55,647 bases of DNA from Thraustochytrium aureum (lineage: Eukaryota), in NCBI GenBank assembly GCA_012862495.1, contig BLSG01000198.1, positions 7,364 through 63,010 on the forward strand, written 5' to 3'. How positions within the stretch are numbered: position 1 is the stretch's first letter; every line of letters starts with the position of its first letter. Both the position numbers and the translations under genes were made by a program. Of this stretch, positions 1 through 10,900 are shown one piece after another. The notes under the pieces were generated by a model that was not told the DNA's origin, made no database searches, and saw only the letters and a list, made by a program, of their open reading frames with translations.

Positions 1-796
1 CCTGAACTGGTAGTGGACCCCACGAAGTGTCCGTTGATCCAACGGAAAAGTCGATTCAGCAGTTGCCGACGTTCGGAGGCGTCGCAAAAGTGGAGCTCCG
101 CCACGAGTCACCTGGCCCCACCAAAGTGAGCTGAAAGTACAGCAAGCGACCTGAAGTCTGCTTCATGTGAGGATTCTAGCTGGAGCCTCTGGTCAGCACG
201 TCAAAAGCCATGGGAACAGGTTAGAGTGAGCCCCACAAGCACCCCCAGATTGGTGCCAGAGATTATCGCTCCGCACACAAACGTCGCGACACTTGGCACG
301 GGAGAGGTATGGCCGCCTTGTACGGCGGCTTTGACGTCGATGCCGTGGGCGCAATACATCTTGGCCTTGATCGCATCTGCGGAATCCGAAACGGGTTTCA
401 CCTTCCACGGGCCGCTTGGAGCATCTATGTAAGGAGGCAGCTCCGATCGCTCGCTCGGAAGGAAGAGCAACCGGCGCATGCCTCTCTAGCTAGAGAGGGT
501 CAACCTGACTAACTTGCGCCCCTCCACAACGAAGGGCTCGGAACCGATCGTTGAGGCCAGGCCGGACGGGTTTTATTCCATTCGTTGCACGTCTGTCCCA
601 GGTGGGTGGCCAAGAATGAATCGGTGCAACACAGCGCGAGCTAACGCACAGTGCAGCAAAGTGCGGGGTTTTTCTCCTTCCAAGCAATCGTTGACGCGAC
701 CAGCGCAGAAGCAAATCTGGGGAGAACGCTTACAAGGACTGTGCTGTTCATGAAAACGAAAACTGAGCTAAAACACCTCCCCTTTGTTGTACGGTT

Positions 797-2028
797 CTAA
801 ACCCTAGGCTGGGGCAGCATATGCATTTGAGCAGAGCTTCCATGCCGCCGCAGCACAACCTGCACTTCGTCCGGCTGGTGTTGCTCTTGGGAATGGCCTG
901 AAAACTGCGGCTCTGCAAGAACATTCGCCCTCGAAGCTGCGTCGAGGGGGTATTGTTGCTGCTGCAGCAACTGCTGCGGCTGCGGCTGCGCTCGAGACTG
1001 CCCCTGGCTCTGAGAAACTTGCGCTTGGAGCCGCCGCCATGGCTGGAAAACGATTTGCGGATCTGTTGGGTCAGTCTCGCGTGAGTCGACTGCGGTTGTT
1101 GCAATCCCTTGCCGTTGCTGGTTTTGGCTGTGATACTGGTGCTGCTGTCGCTGGGCTCCACGAGGCCGGGCGTCCTCCAGCAGGTCGTTTGCGCGTGCGC
1201 TCGTCAATTCTGTTCGTGGGGTCGGCACAATCTGCGAGTTGTTGTATCCTTCAGGTTGCTCCATCACAATCGACGTCTTTCTGTCCGCTTGGCCGAGTCC
1301 CCAACTGCTGCCCGTGCACGAAGACTCACGACGCAGAAGCGGTGACTTCGGAGACGAAACTGTTTCCTCTCTTCGAGCTGCCCACGAACTCTGCTTGAAG
1401 AGTTTCACTTCTGCCTCGCGAGCAGTGTCAGCGAGCCTCCACTGCACCTTGGCTTGCTTCCAGTAGTCGATCGCGTCAGAAATGTGGTCTTCATCCAGAA
1501 TGTGGTGCACAAATCCGTCGCAAAGCAAGAGCCCTGTTTCATCATCAACCTCAACACCGTTTGGGCCATCAAACGAGTAACCGAGCACCGGGACGTAGTG
1601 CGGGTCGTGCGAGTAGCGGTTGCGGAATGCGACCACGCGCTCGACCAATTGAAAGTGATCATTCAGCGACAGCAAGACGGCGTCATAGTGGCCGACGTTG
1701 TCGCGGTTCAGGGCGCCGGCCGCTTCTTCGAGTGTGAAGGCGAAGACGGGATGAACCCCGACGTTCTTGAGGAGGAGCTGAAACAAGCGCTGCAGCTCAA
1801 CCCGCGTCTCAACCACGATGATGTATCGGTCAACGTCGTTTTTCGGTTTCGTAACCGCCCGCTTTGTGTTGCGCACCTGGTCTAGGAGATGGGCGCCATT
1901 GTTATTGGCGAACCGGCGGGGACCAAGCGCAATCGTCTTCAGCCGTTCTGATTGAAGGTAGGGCTCGATGACGAAGAACCGCGTGTACCACGTGGCAAAA
2001 CCGGTCAGGTTCTTTGCAAACAAGTCCC
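797..2028 (-). CDS. Protein with a degenerate CheY-like receiver domain and a Q-rich low-complexity tail; 5' end lost in the N-gap
   Basis: Open frame of more than 400 aa running into the gap at 2029. YIIVVE..QRLFQLLLKNVG..AFTLEEA..YDAVLLS..PVLGYS..CDGFVHH follows the receiver beta/alpha pattern. Confidence 0.6.
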
Positions 2029-4573
2029 NNNNNNNNNNNNNNNNNNNNNNNNNNNNNNNNNNNNNNNNNNNNNNNNNNNNNNNNNNNNNNNNNNNNNNNN
2101 NNNNNNNNNNNNNNNNNNNNNNNNNNNNNNNNNNNNNNNNNNNNNNNNNNNNNNNNNNNNNNNNNNNNNNNNNNNNNNNNNNNNNNNNNNNNNNNNNNNN
2201 NNNNNNNNNNNNNNNNNNNNNNNNNNNNNNNNNNNNNNNNNNNNNNNNNNNNNNNNNNNNNNNNNNNNNNNNNNNNNNNNNNNNNNNNNNNNNNNNNNNN
2301 NNNNNNNNNNNNNNNNNNNNNNNNNNNNNNNNNNNNNNNNNNNNNNNNNNNNNNNNNNNNNNNNNNNNNNNNNNNNNNNNNNNNNNNNNNNNNNNNNNNN
2401 NNNNNNNNNNNNNNNNNNNNNNNNNNNNNNNNNNNNNNNNNNNNNNNNNNNNNNNNNNNNNNNNNNNNNNNNNNNNNNNNNNNNNNNNNNNNNNNNNNNN
2501 NNNNNNNNNNNNNNNNNNNNNNNNNNNNNNNNNNNNNNNNNNNNNNNNNNNNNNNNNNNNNNNNNNNNNNNNNNNNNNNNNNNNNNNNNNNNNNNNNNNN
2601 NNNNNNNNNNNNNNNNNNNNNNNNNNNNNNNNNNNNNNNNNNNNNNNNNNNNNNNNNNNNNNNNNNNNNNNNNNNNNNNNNNNNNNNNNNNNNNNNNNNN
2701 NNNNNNNNNNNNNNNNNNNNNNNNNNTATCACATCGGTGTCACTCACATGATTCATGGCCTGGCAGCCGCCGAAGCGGGCGTGCGCTTGCACCCGTGCTC
2801 GTCGCGAGCGGGTTTCGCGAACGCTGTCTCGTTGCTGAAGACGCTCGATCGCCTGTCTCAAGCAGATCTTGCGTGGGCGGAGCTCCCTTGAGTTAAGGGT
2901 CTGCAGCTCCTTTCGCTAACGTGGTTAAACCTGGCCTGGACGAAAGTGCTGGTTTTCAACCGGCATCTGCTGAAGCCTGTCGCGCGCAAATTTCGGAATC
3001 CCTCCTTTTAGAACGTCCCGGCTCAAACGTATTTGTGACACGCTGTTTCGATGCGGAGTGGAGGCCTGGCTCGTGCAGTTGCGTAAATTTTGTGAAGCTG
3101 ACCGAGTTCATCTCGCATGCGCGCTAGGCGTCATGCAAGCCTTCGTTGCGGTAAGCTTCTACCTTTTCACGCCGCAGGTTTCGTGAGTGTATATCGCTCC
3201 GCGGAGAGGCATGCGGTTGCCGGGCGCATCCTGCCAACGCAAACGAGAAGTGAGAGCCTCGCTGGCGCGGGAATACAGCACCAACACGCAACGCAACGCA
3301 CCTCAACGTAAAAAAATAATAACAATGTGGTGAGTAGGCCTGCCTTTGCAGGTACTTTACCCCTTCAAGGCCCTTCATGCTTCAGGTTGTTTCGGGCGTT
3401 CTGCATCACATGAAGGGATCAAATGTCCGTTGATGATGTGAGTGACAGTGCGAGTTGAATGCGTCGTCGCGCTTCTTTAGCACTTTTGCTCTCGTGGGCG
3501 AGCTGCTGGAGCGCCCTCTGCACTAGGCCCTTCTCCGCGCTTGCTCCGCCAAGCGATAGCGCTCGCCCAGCACCTCGCAAGTTGCTGCAGGGAAAGTTCT
3601 GTTTCCGTTGCCTTGGTTCCGTTGCACAGTTTCACGCTGGCTGCTCGCCGCTCGCGACAACTTCTTGTCTCCGCCGCACAGAGCCCTGCGGCTGCGCAAG
3701 AAACCATCTGGATGGCAGGATGGTCTCACGGGTCGTGCCAGTGTGCATGCCTGGTCGCGACTGCGCGGCCGCCGCGCCAAGGCTCTCCTTGCGGCCGGCA
3801 AGTCTCCAAGTTGTGGTGTGAAGTGAAGGCTATTTCTCCAATTCGCCGTCGCGCCATTGCGGTGCTGTGGGTGGGGTGGGCGCAAGCTCCTCGTTTAAAA
3901 ATAAGCCGACGTCCTGTGTCAGAAAGTGCAAACATATGTCGTCGCCGACCGAGCTGTCAAATGGCCGAGCGTCGGCCCGCCGCACCTGCTGCTGCGAGCC
4001 GGCGCCTGCACTCCAACGACAGATCCGTTGCCAACACGTAAACTCATGGGCGAGAGAATACTTCCCTTATTCTATCCAGCAGAGGACAGTCCTCCCCTTT
4101 TCGCTGCGCCATTGCATGCGCCGAGCAACCCAAGCCCGTGAGCCAAGGCGAGGACCGCCAGCTTGAAGGCTGCGGCATGGGCTCCCACGCGCGAGCTGCG
4201 CGAGCTGGTCACCTCCCACCCCCTCGAGACCACGAGCGGCATCTCGCGCCTGGCGCGTGTCCCAGGTCTCAATTCCTTTCTGGCGGTCATCATGATGGTC
4301 GTGTTCATGGTGCGAACTTCCATCGAGCAAGGCTGGAGGAGTGCGAAGCGACGAGTACAGTGGGCTCGGACTGGTACCTCGCGCCAGTGCTGCCACTCTG
4401 CACGAGACGCGCACTCCACCGTGACATGCCTACGACAGGCTGTTGCTGTCGTGGGGGCGCTTGGCCTGGCGGCGTGCGCCACTGGGCCTCGCTCAGGCCC
4501 GCGTCGACAGGGGCATCACGGCGCAGCCTGAGGAGGACGAGACAGGCTACACCACGCAGAAAGGATCCCGACG

Positions 4574-4604
4574 TGCCTGCCTGCCTGCCTGCCTGCCTGC
4601 CTGC
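4574..4604. repeat. (TGCC)n microsatellite
   Basis: About 7 perfect TGCC units read directly. Confidence 0.9.
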
Positions 4605-4898
4605 CCCCAAGGGCCGTTCGCCGGCCGCAGAATGCGCTGTGGGAGGAGGCACTTCAAGAACAACGAAAGAAGGCACATGTGTTGCACAACAGTGACAGTG
4701 ACAACACACACTTGGGTCATCCATCACCAACGCAGCATCGCCAGCTGCGCAGGCACTGCGCTGCGCGAGGAGAGCGGGCTTGGCGGCGATTGGCGGCGAC
4801 CAGCTCAGCCCCAAGCGATCGAGCGCGGCTGCCTGGCAGGCGAGCTTGCTGGCCGTGCGCGCTTCGAAGCCGGTAGGGCCCGCCGGCGTCGCCCAAGC

Positions 4899-6418
4899 AT
4901 GTGCGCCGAGACCGACTCGCTTCCTGCCACCGCGTTTGGGCTGGCGTCTGACGCAGAGGACTCCGCGAAGGAAACCAAGCGGCTGGTCTCTGGCAACCGA
5001 GAGACTAGCGGCGGCAAGCCCGATAGACCAGGCCGTTGCAGGTGCGACCGGAGGAGCTCGTCGCTGCGCGTCGCAGTCGGCGTGTTGGTTTGGCTGGTCC
5101 TGGCAGCTGTTGCTTACCCGTTCTGGGGTGGCAGCAGCTCGCTCTATACCTGGGACAGCGTTTCACCGTCTCCTGTTGAGAGACTTGAAAGCATAGGCGA
5201 CGATGCAGGTGAGAATGGAGAGGCAGCGAACCTGGACGCAGGCTCCAGCCTACTCACGGACTCGGCGAGCGCGTCGCCGCCCCCTGCCTTGCTGACGAGC
5301 GAAAATGCGGATCCTGACCCCCCCGAGGAGGAAGATACGTTGCCAGATAGAGAAACCGACCTTCTGCTTGCGGGCTACGCACCCGCCACCCGCCTGCCTT
5401 GGATGGAAGGGCAGTGTCGTACCCAGAGCTGGAGAGCGACTACACGTACAAACTGCAGCCGAACGGCATCATCTGCGAGTACAAGCCGTACGGGCAGCTG
5501 AACAACAACATCATCTCGATCAAAGGCGGGGTGGTGCTCGCCTACGTCCTGCAGCGCACCTATGTGATCCCCGAGTACTTGAGCAGCCTCATCGACGCGC
5601 ACCGCCTCGCGCGAGCTTTCCCAGGGTACCTCGTCCCCTTCAGCCAAAAGCTGTGCACCAAACGCTACAACGTGCAGAAGATTCGCGTGGCATGCTACCA
5701 CCACCTCGGATGCAACCTCTTCGACGAAAAAGTGCGAAACGATCTCCGCCGTTACGCTGGGCAGGTGCGCGAGGTTGGCATAAAGGGCTTTGCCCTTTTT
5801 CGCAGCGCGTTGTACACTAGAGCAGCGGGCATGATGGGATTCCCGCCCATCGAGGCCAACTTCTACCGCAACTTGTATCCGACGCCAGTCATTCGCCAAA
5901 GAGTCAACGAGTTCGTCGAGAACGCCTTCGCGAACCAAGAGTTTGGCGCAGTCCATCTGCGAAACCTCGAAGGTTCGTGCGTCCGTCGCATGCGCGAGCA
6001 AAATGCGGGCGTTGGCCTTATGCTTTGCAATCTGCACAAAAAGAGGTTTCACGAAGTGTTGGCAGACGTCACTGGGCTCGCCTCGCTGCCAGTCTTCGTC
6101 GCTAGCGACGGCGAGGATAAAGATGCGCTTCGTTCCTATGACCACGCCGCGCGCTACACCGGCCCGTGCAATGGACTCGAGTGCGCGCTCATCGATTTTG
6201 AAATTGCTGCGCGCAGCAATTTCTTCGTGGGTGTTGTTGTCAGCACGGCGGCGCACACAATCGCCAACCTCCGATTGTACCGTCGGGACCGCGACGTTGG
6301 GCGCCAGTTTCCATCGATCCTGAGTTGGTCACGCAACGAAACGCTGAAGGGGTACAATGGCGGCCACTATCTCAGGAGATCAAATGGCCTCGTCTTTCGC
6401 CCGGTCATCCCACCTTAG
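4899..6418 (+). CDS. Type II membrane GDP-fucose protein O-fucosyltransferase-like glycosyltransferase (one frameshift near 5410)
   Basis: ATG at 4899, TM segment VAVGVLVWLVLAAVAYPFWG and an acidic stem. Catalytic-type motifs GQLNNNII..LAYVLQRTYVIP, AVHLR, VFVASD, LIDFEIAARSNFFVG..ST. Adding one G to the GGG at 5409-5411 joins the two frames. Confidence 0.75.
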
Positions 6419-7244
6419 TAGTCAGGGCCCTCAGCCTGTGCAATGCTCATTCATTCGCTCACACTTGAGCAACAGCGATGTTGCGATTCGCTACAATCAA
6501 ACCGATGCGGACCGCCCAAGCACAACGCTCGCGCGCAGAAGCGACGGGTCTGCTGCTGTGCTTATCAGCGGACAAGAGCTCTCCGGGTGTTCCCACGAAA
6601 GGTCCGTCCGCGATAAACAAAAGATCAACATGGCAAGCCGCCGTGCGGATTGGATTGTCTTTTTTTCATAAAGCAGGGGGCCGATCCCCGTTCCGTTCGC
6701 AGATTGATGGTCGCAGAATGCTGTCTTTCGCAAAGCGATCAGCAGGGCCAGTTCAACGCAACCTTTCCCGGATCAATGAAACTAGCGTCTTCCTCCCGTC
6801 ACTGAGCACATCGCGCCAATTCAATTCCGATCTCACCAAAAGTGAGAGCCCTAGTCTCGCCGACGCTGCGCGCCGCAGGCAACTTGCCTGAAAGCGAAGA
6901 AAAACCAAAGGCGAGACGCTCCACGGCACACGCTGCTGAGCGCCCAGTCTTACTCACGTCAACCGCAACGCTGCTGGCGGGCACGTCGACGCTGACATGG
7001 ATGGCAGGCAACACGCGGCATTCTGCTTCCACGTAACGGTCATGCTGTATGTGCTGTCTGTCCACCCTGTATACGCAAGGTGGGTGGGGCGGGAACGGGG
7101 GCGCGGCAGACCCCGAAGCGCGGCTGGCGGTGGCGGTGCTGGCTGTGGCGGCGGGCGGCGGGCGGAGCAGAGCGCAGGCGGCTTCCGCTGATTCGCTGCG
7201 CGGCCTAGACGGCGGCCTCGGTGGCACGCGGGTCGTTGTCGCGA

Positions 7245-7900
7245 ATGGCAAGCTCGAGCCCAGGCACCCCCATCCGGAAAGCGGCCACCCCCGTGAGGGC
7301 GCTTCTGATCATCGATGTGCAGAATGACTTTATTGACGGGAGTCTGGCTGTGCCAGACGCGATGTCGATCATACCGGTGATCAACAGGCTGCGTAGCAAG
7401 GAGTTTGACTATACATACGTGTGCATGGACTGGCACCCTTTCAATCACTGCTCATTCAGGACCAACAACCCCGGCTCGGACTTGTTCCAGGTCCTCTATT
7501 TGCCCAGCACTGGGGATGCGCAGCGCATGTGGCCGGACCACTGCGTGCAGGGCTCGCACGGCGCCCAGGTCCACGACGACCTTGTCGTCGAATCGTCCGA
7601 CATCTGGACCTACGCTGGCTGCAACCCACGACGCGATAGCTACTCGGTCTTCAAAGACAACGGTAGCAAAGACTTCACCGACATGGTCAAATCGCTCAAG
7701 GATAATGGCGTCAACGAGATCTACGCTCTCGGCCTGGCAACCGACTATTGCGTGCAATACACCGTACTCGACGCCAAGCTGTACCACTCGAGCTCGTGTC
7801 AGGTCTTTCTCGTCGAGGACGCTTGTCGCGGTCTCAGTGAGGAGGGCGTCAAGCGCGCTATCAAAGCTTTCGAGTTTGAAAAGGTAAAATTATCCGCTCA
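7245..7900 (+). other. Nicotinamidase/pyrazinamidase (isochorismatase family) domain of the channel gene
   Basis: ALLIIDVQNDF, GSLAV, DWHPFNHCSF, WPDHCVQGSHGA, DSYSVF and GLATDYCV are the PncA/Pnc1 signature motifs. Confidence 0.92.
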
Positions 7901-10900
7901 GACGGCCACGAGATCGGCGCGCTGCAAGACCGCAAGTTCAACTTGAACGGCTCGCTCCAGCTTATTCGGACCAAGGTTTCCCAGCGCGTGCTGGTCAGCG
8001 AGCAAGTCGACGACCTCTACGAGGCCATCATTTTCGGAACGCACGCCAGCCGCCGCGCCATCAAGGCCCTCGTGCGCGGAGGCACCATCAACCGCAAGTG
8101 CTCCTGGAGCGGCCGCACAGTCCTTCACGCCTGCTGCGAGACCGCCAACCTCGCCGTGCTCGACCAGTTGTTCCAGTACGCCGGAAACGCCTTGGACCTG
8201 ACGACTATGACGGGCAAGGGAGAGAACGTGATCATGATTGCCATTCAGAGCAAGGCCAACCTTCGCCGCGTCCACGCCATCAAGGCTCTGCTTGACAGAT
8301 GTACGCCCTCGCAGATCCGGTTTCTGCTCCACAGCGGCACCCTGGAGCAGCGAATGACTGCGCTCATGCTGGCCTGCAGAGAAAGCGACCTCGACGTCGT
8401 CGAACTCTTGCTCAGCTTTGACGCCACCGTGGAGCACTTGAGCCTCTGGGACAAGTTTGGCAAAACTGCAGTTATGTTTGCCAGCATGAAAGACGTCCCC
8501 GAGGCCTCGGCCATCGTCGAGATGCTCCTGCGCACACAGCCCCCTGGCCGAGCCCGCCTCGACCTGATCTCTGCAACTGACTCCGAGTCCTGGAACGCGA
8601 TTCACTTTGGGGCAAAGTCGGGCTGCTTCTCGAGTGTGGACTGGGTTCGCGCACTGGGCGGGCAGCAGTTCCTTGTCGATCTGCCCATCAACCAGCTCAC
8701 CTCGGAGGGGTTGGGCTCGACCCCGTTGCAGCTGGCCGCGTTCAACGGTCGCGCCGAGGTGATCAGGACCCTGATCGAGATTTGCCTCCCCGACCCCAGC
8801 GCAGACCTTGCAAGCCTCGCGGCCGCCCCAAAACGCCCCACACTGCAATGTCAACGTGCGTGTGCGCGGAACGGGTGACACAGAGCTCGACCTGGCGCTC
8901 AAGCGCCAACACCTCGAGTGCGCCCGACTCCTGCTGCGGCTCGGCTGCCACGCCTCGACTTGCGCGTCTCAAATGCAGGAGCTCTTGCATCGTCTAGTTC
9001 TCATGGGCGACGTCGAAGCGTGCGAGAGTATTCTTGACTTTGCGGACGAGAACGAAATCATTGTCGACGAGGCCCTTGTGGTGCTCACGCAGCGCATGGA
9101 GTCCCCCGAAACCTGTACGTTTTCGTTTGCAAACTACACGCACCCCGTGCAGCAGTTTGTCTACTTTTGCGAGTTTTGCGAATCCTGGGTCTGCTTGGTC
9201 TGCAAGAGCCGCTGTCACGGCAAGGATTCCTGCCGCGCAGAGCTGTCTCCGCTTGACCTCGAGCACCTGCCCAGCAAGGGTTGGACGGATGCCAAGATGG
9301 ACATTTCTTATTGCGAGTGCGCGCGGGACTCGTGCTGTGCCAGTTCTGATATGGACGCTCGCGAGAAGGAGGCGAGGACGTTCTCCCCGCACCCAATTCA
9401 GACGAGCCACGTGTACATGGACGGGCCTAGGATCAGGCTCAGCAAAGCCCTGGCGCGCAACACGCACAACGTGTGGGCCCGCGAAAAGTACAACGAGGGC
9501 TGGTCGTTCAGCAAAAGTCGCGACGACTCGCGCAAGTTGCACCCGCTCTTGCTTCCGTTCTCCTCGCTCTCCAAGGAAGCGGCCAAGTACAACGTCGACA
9601 TTGCTGTCGAGACCATCAAGGTCATCTCTGCCCTTGGCTACGAGCTGTCGCACGTCAACAGCAAGGACAGCACGGCGCTCGACGCCCTCAGCGGATCAGC
9701 GCAGGCCGTACTCTCGTCGCCTTCGACCACGCCAGCGGCGGCAGCAGCTGCGGCAGCTGCAGCTGCTGCGGCGGCAAGTAGTGATTCGAGAGGAGAGTCT
9801 GTCGTGACACCACGCGGGTCGATCATCGAGGACAAGTTTGCTGAAATCGCGTGGCGGCCCTCGCATCACGAGTGTATCCCTGTAGATACGAGCAAGGTAG
9901 TCTTGCCCCCTGAGCTCGAGGAGCTCGTCGAGTGCGTCGCCAAAAACTCGCACGAAGTGTGGGCTCTCGAGAAGATCCGCAAAGGCTGGCGCTACGCCCC
10001 GGCGCGCAACATCAAGGTGGGCCTCAAGCTGAACAAAGCCCTTGTGCCCTTTTCCGCCCTAGACGTCGAGGAGAAGACCAATTTGCGCCGGGGCGCAGAG
10101 GAGACCATCAAAGCGATTCTCGCCAGCGGCTGGACGATTTCTCCTCCGCTGAACAGCGCAGAGTCGGGGGGCGGGCTTGGCAGGGCCAGCGAGAACGCCA
10201 ACAGCAGCAACAACAACAACAACATCAGCAACAACAGCAACAACAACAACAACAAATACCCTGGCATCCGGATCCCCCCACCAGCAGAGGTGCACACGTC
10301 TGCAGAGGCCTGTCACAACCTGATCGAAACACGTCGCGAGCTTTTCAACCACTACTTGTTTGCTGCGGCAAGGCGCGGGCAGATCCATTCAATCGAGATA
10401 CTCATCTCCAAGCAGCAAAACATTCACGTGGGCGCAAACCTAAACGCCCATGACAGGTTTTGCCACACCGCGCTGTACATAGCGATCAAGCGAGGCCACT
10501 TTGAAACAGCGCGGTGCCTCCTCGATCTCAATGTCAACGTCAATACAAAGGACATCAATGGGCTCACTCCGCTCGCGCTCTCTGCTTACTTGGGCAACGT
10601 CAACATGTGTCAGGAGCTCGTCAAGCACGACGCCGACATCCTGTCCACCGACAATATGGGATTCACGCCGCTCCACCATGCGGCATACCGCGGCAACGTC
10701 GATGTTTGCGTGTATCTGGTAGAGTGCCTGCAGCAGCTGCACCAGACCAATCACATCGTCAACCTAAATGCCCTGGCGTTCTCCTCGTTTAGTAGCAGTG
10801 TGCCCATGACGCGGCGCGTCTCTCGCATCGTCAAGCCAAGCGATCCGTCCAACGAGCTTCGTTCTCGAGGAAGCCGCTACGCACATCGCGTTTCCACCAT

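Noticed and set aside
1..760. Short ORFs at the window start
   Set aside because: None has a recognisable motif, and the coding strand cannot be determined.
3459..4531. Possible secreted or membrane protein (signal-like start at 3459, TM-like segment near 4280)
   Set aside because: The frames are short and disconnected, with no convincing splice sites or family motif.
7884..7901. 18-nt GT..AG mini-intron at the nicotinamidase/ankyrin junction
   Set aside because: The length is a multiple of 3, so removal would not reach the ankyrin frame. A missing A in the homopolymer explains the junction better.
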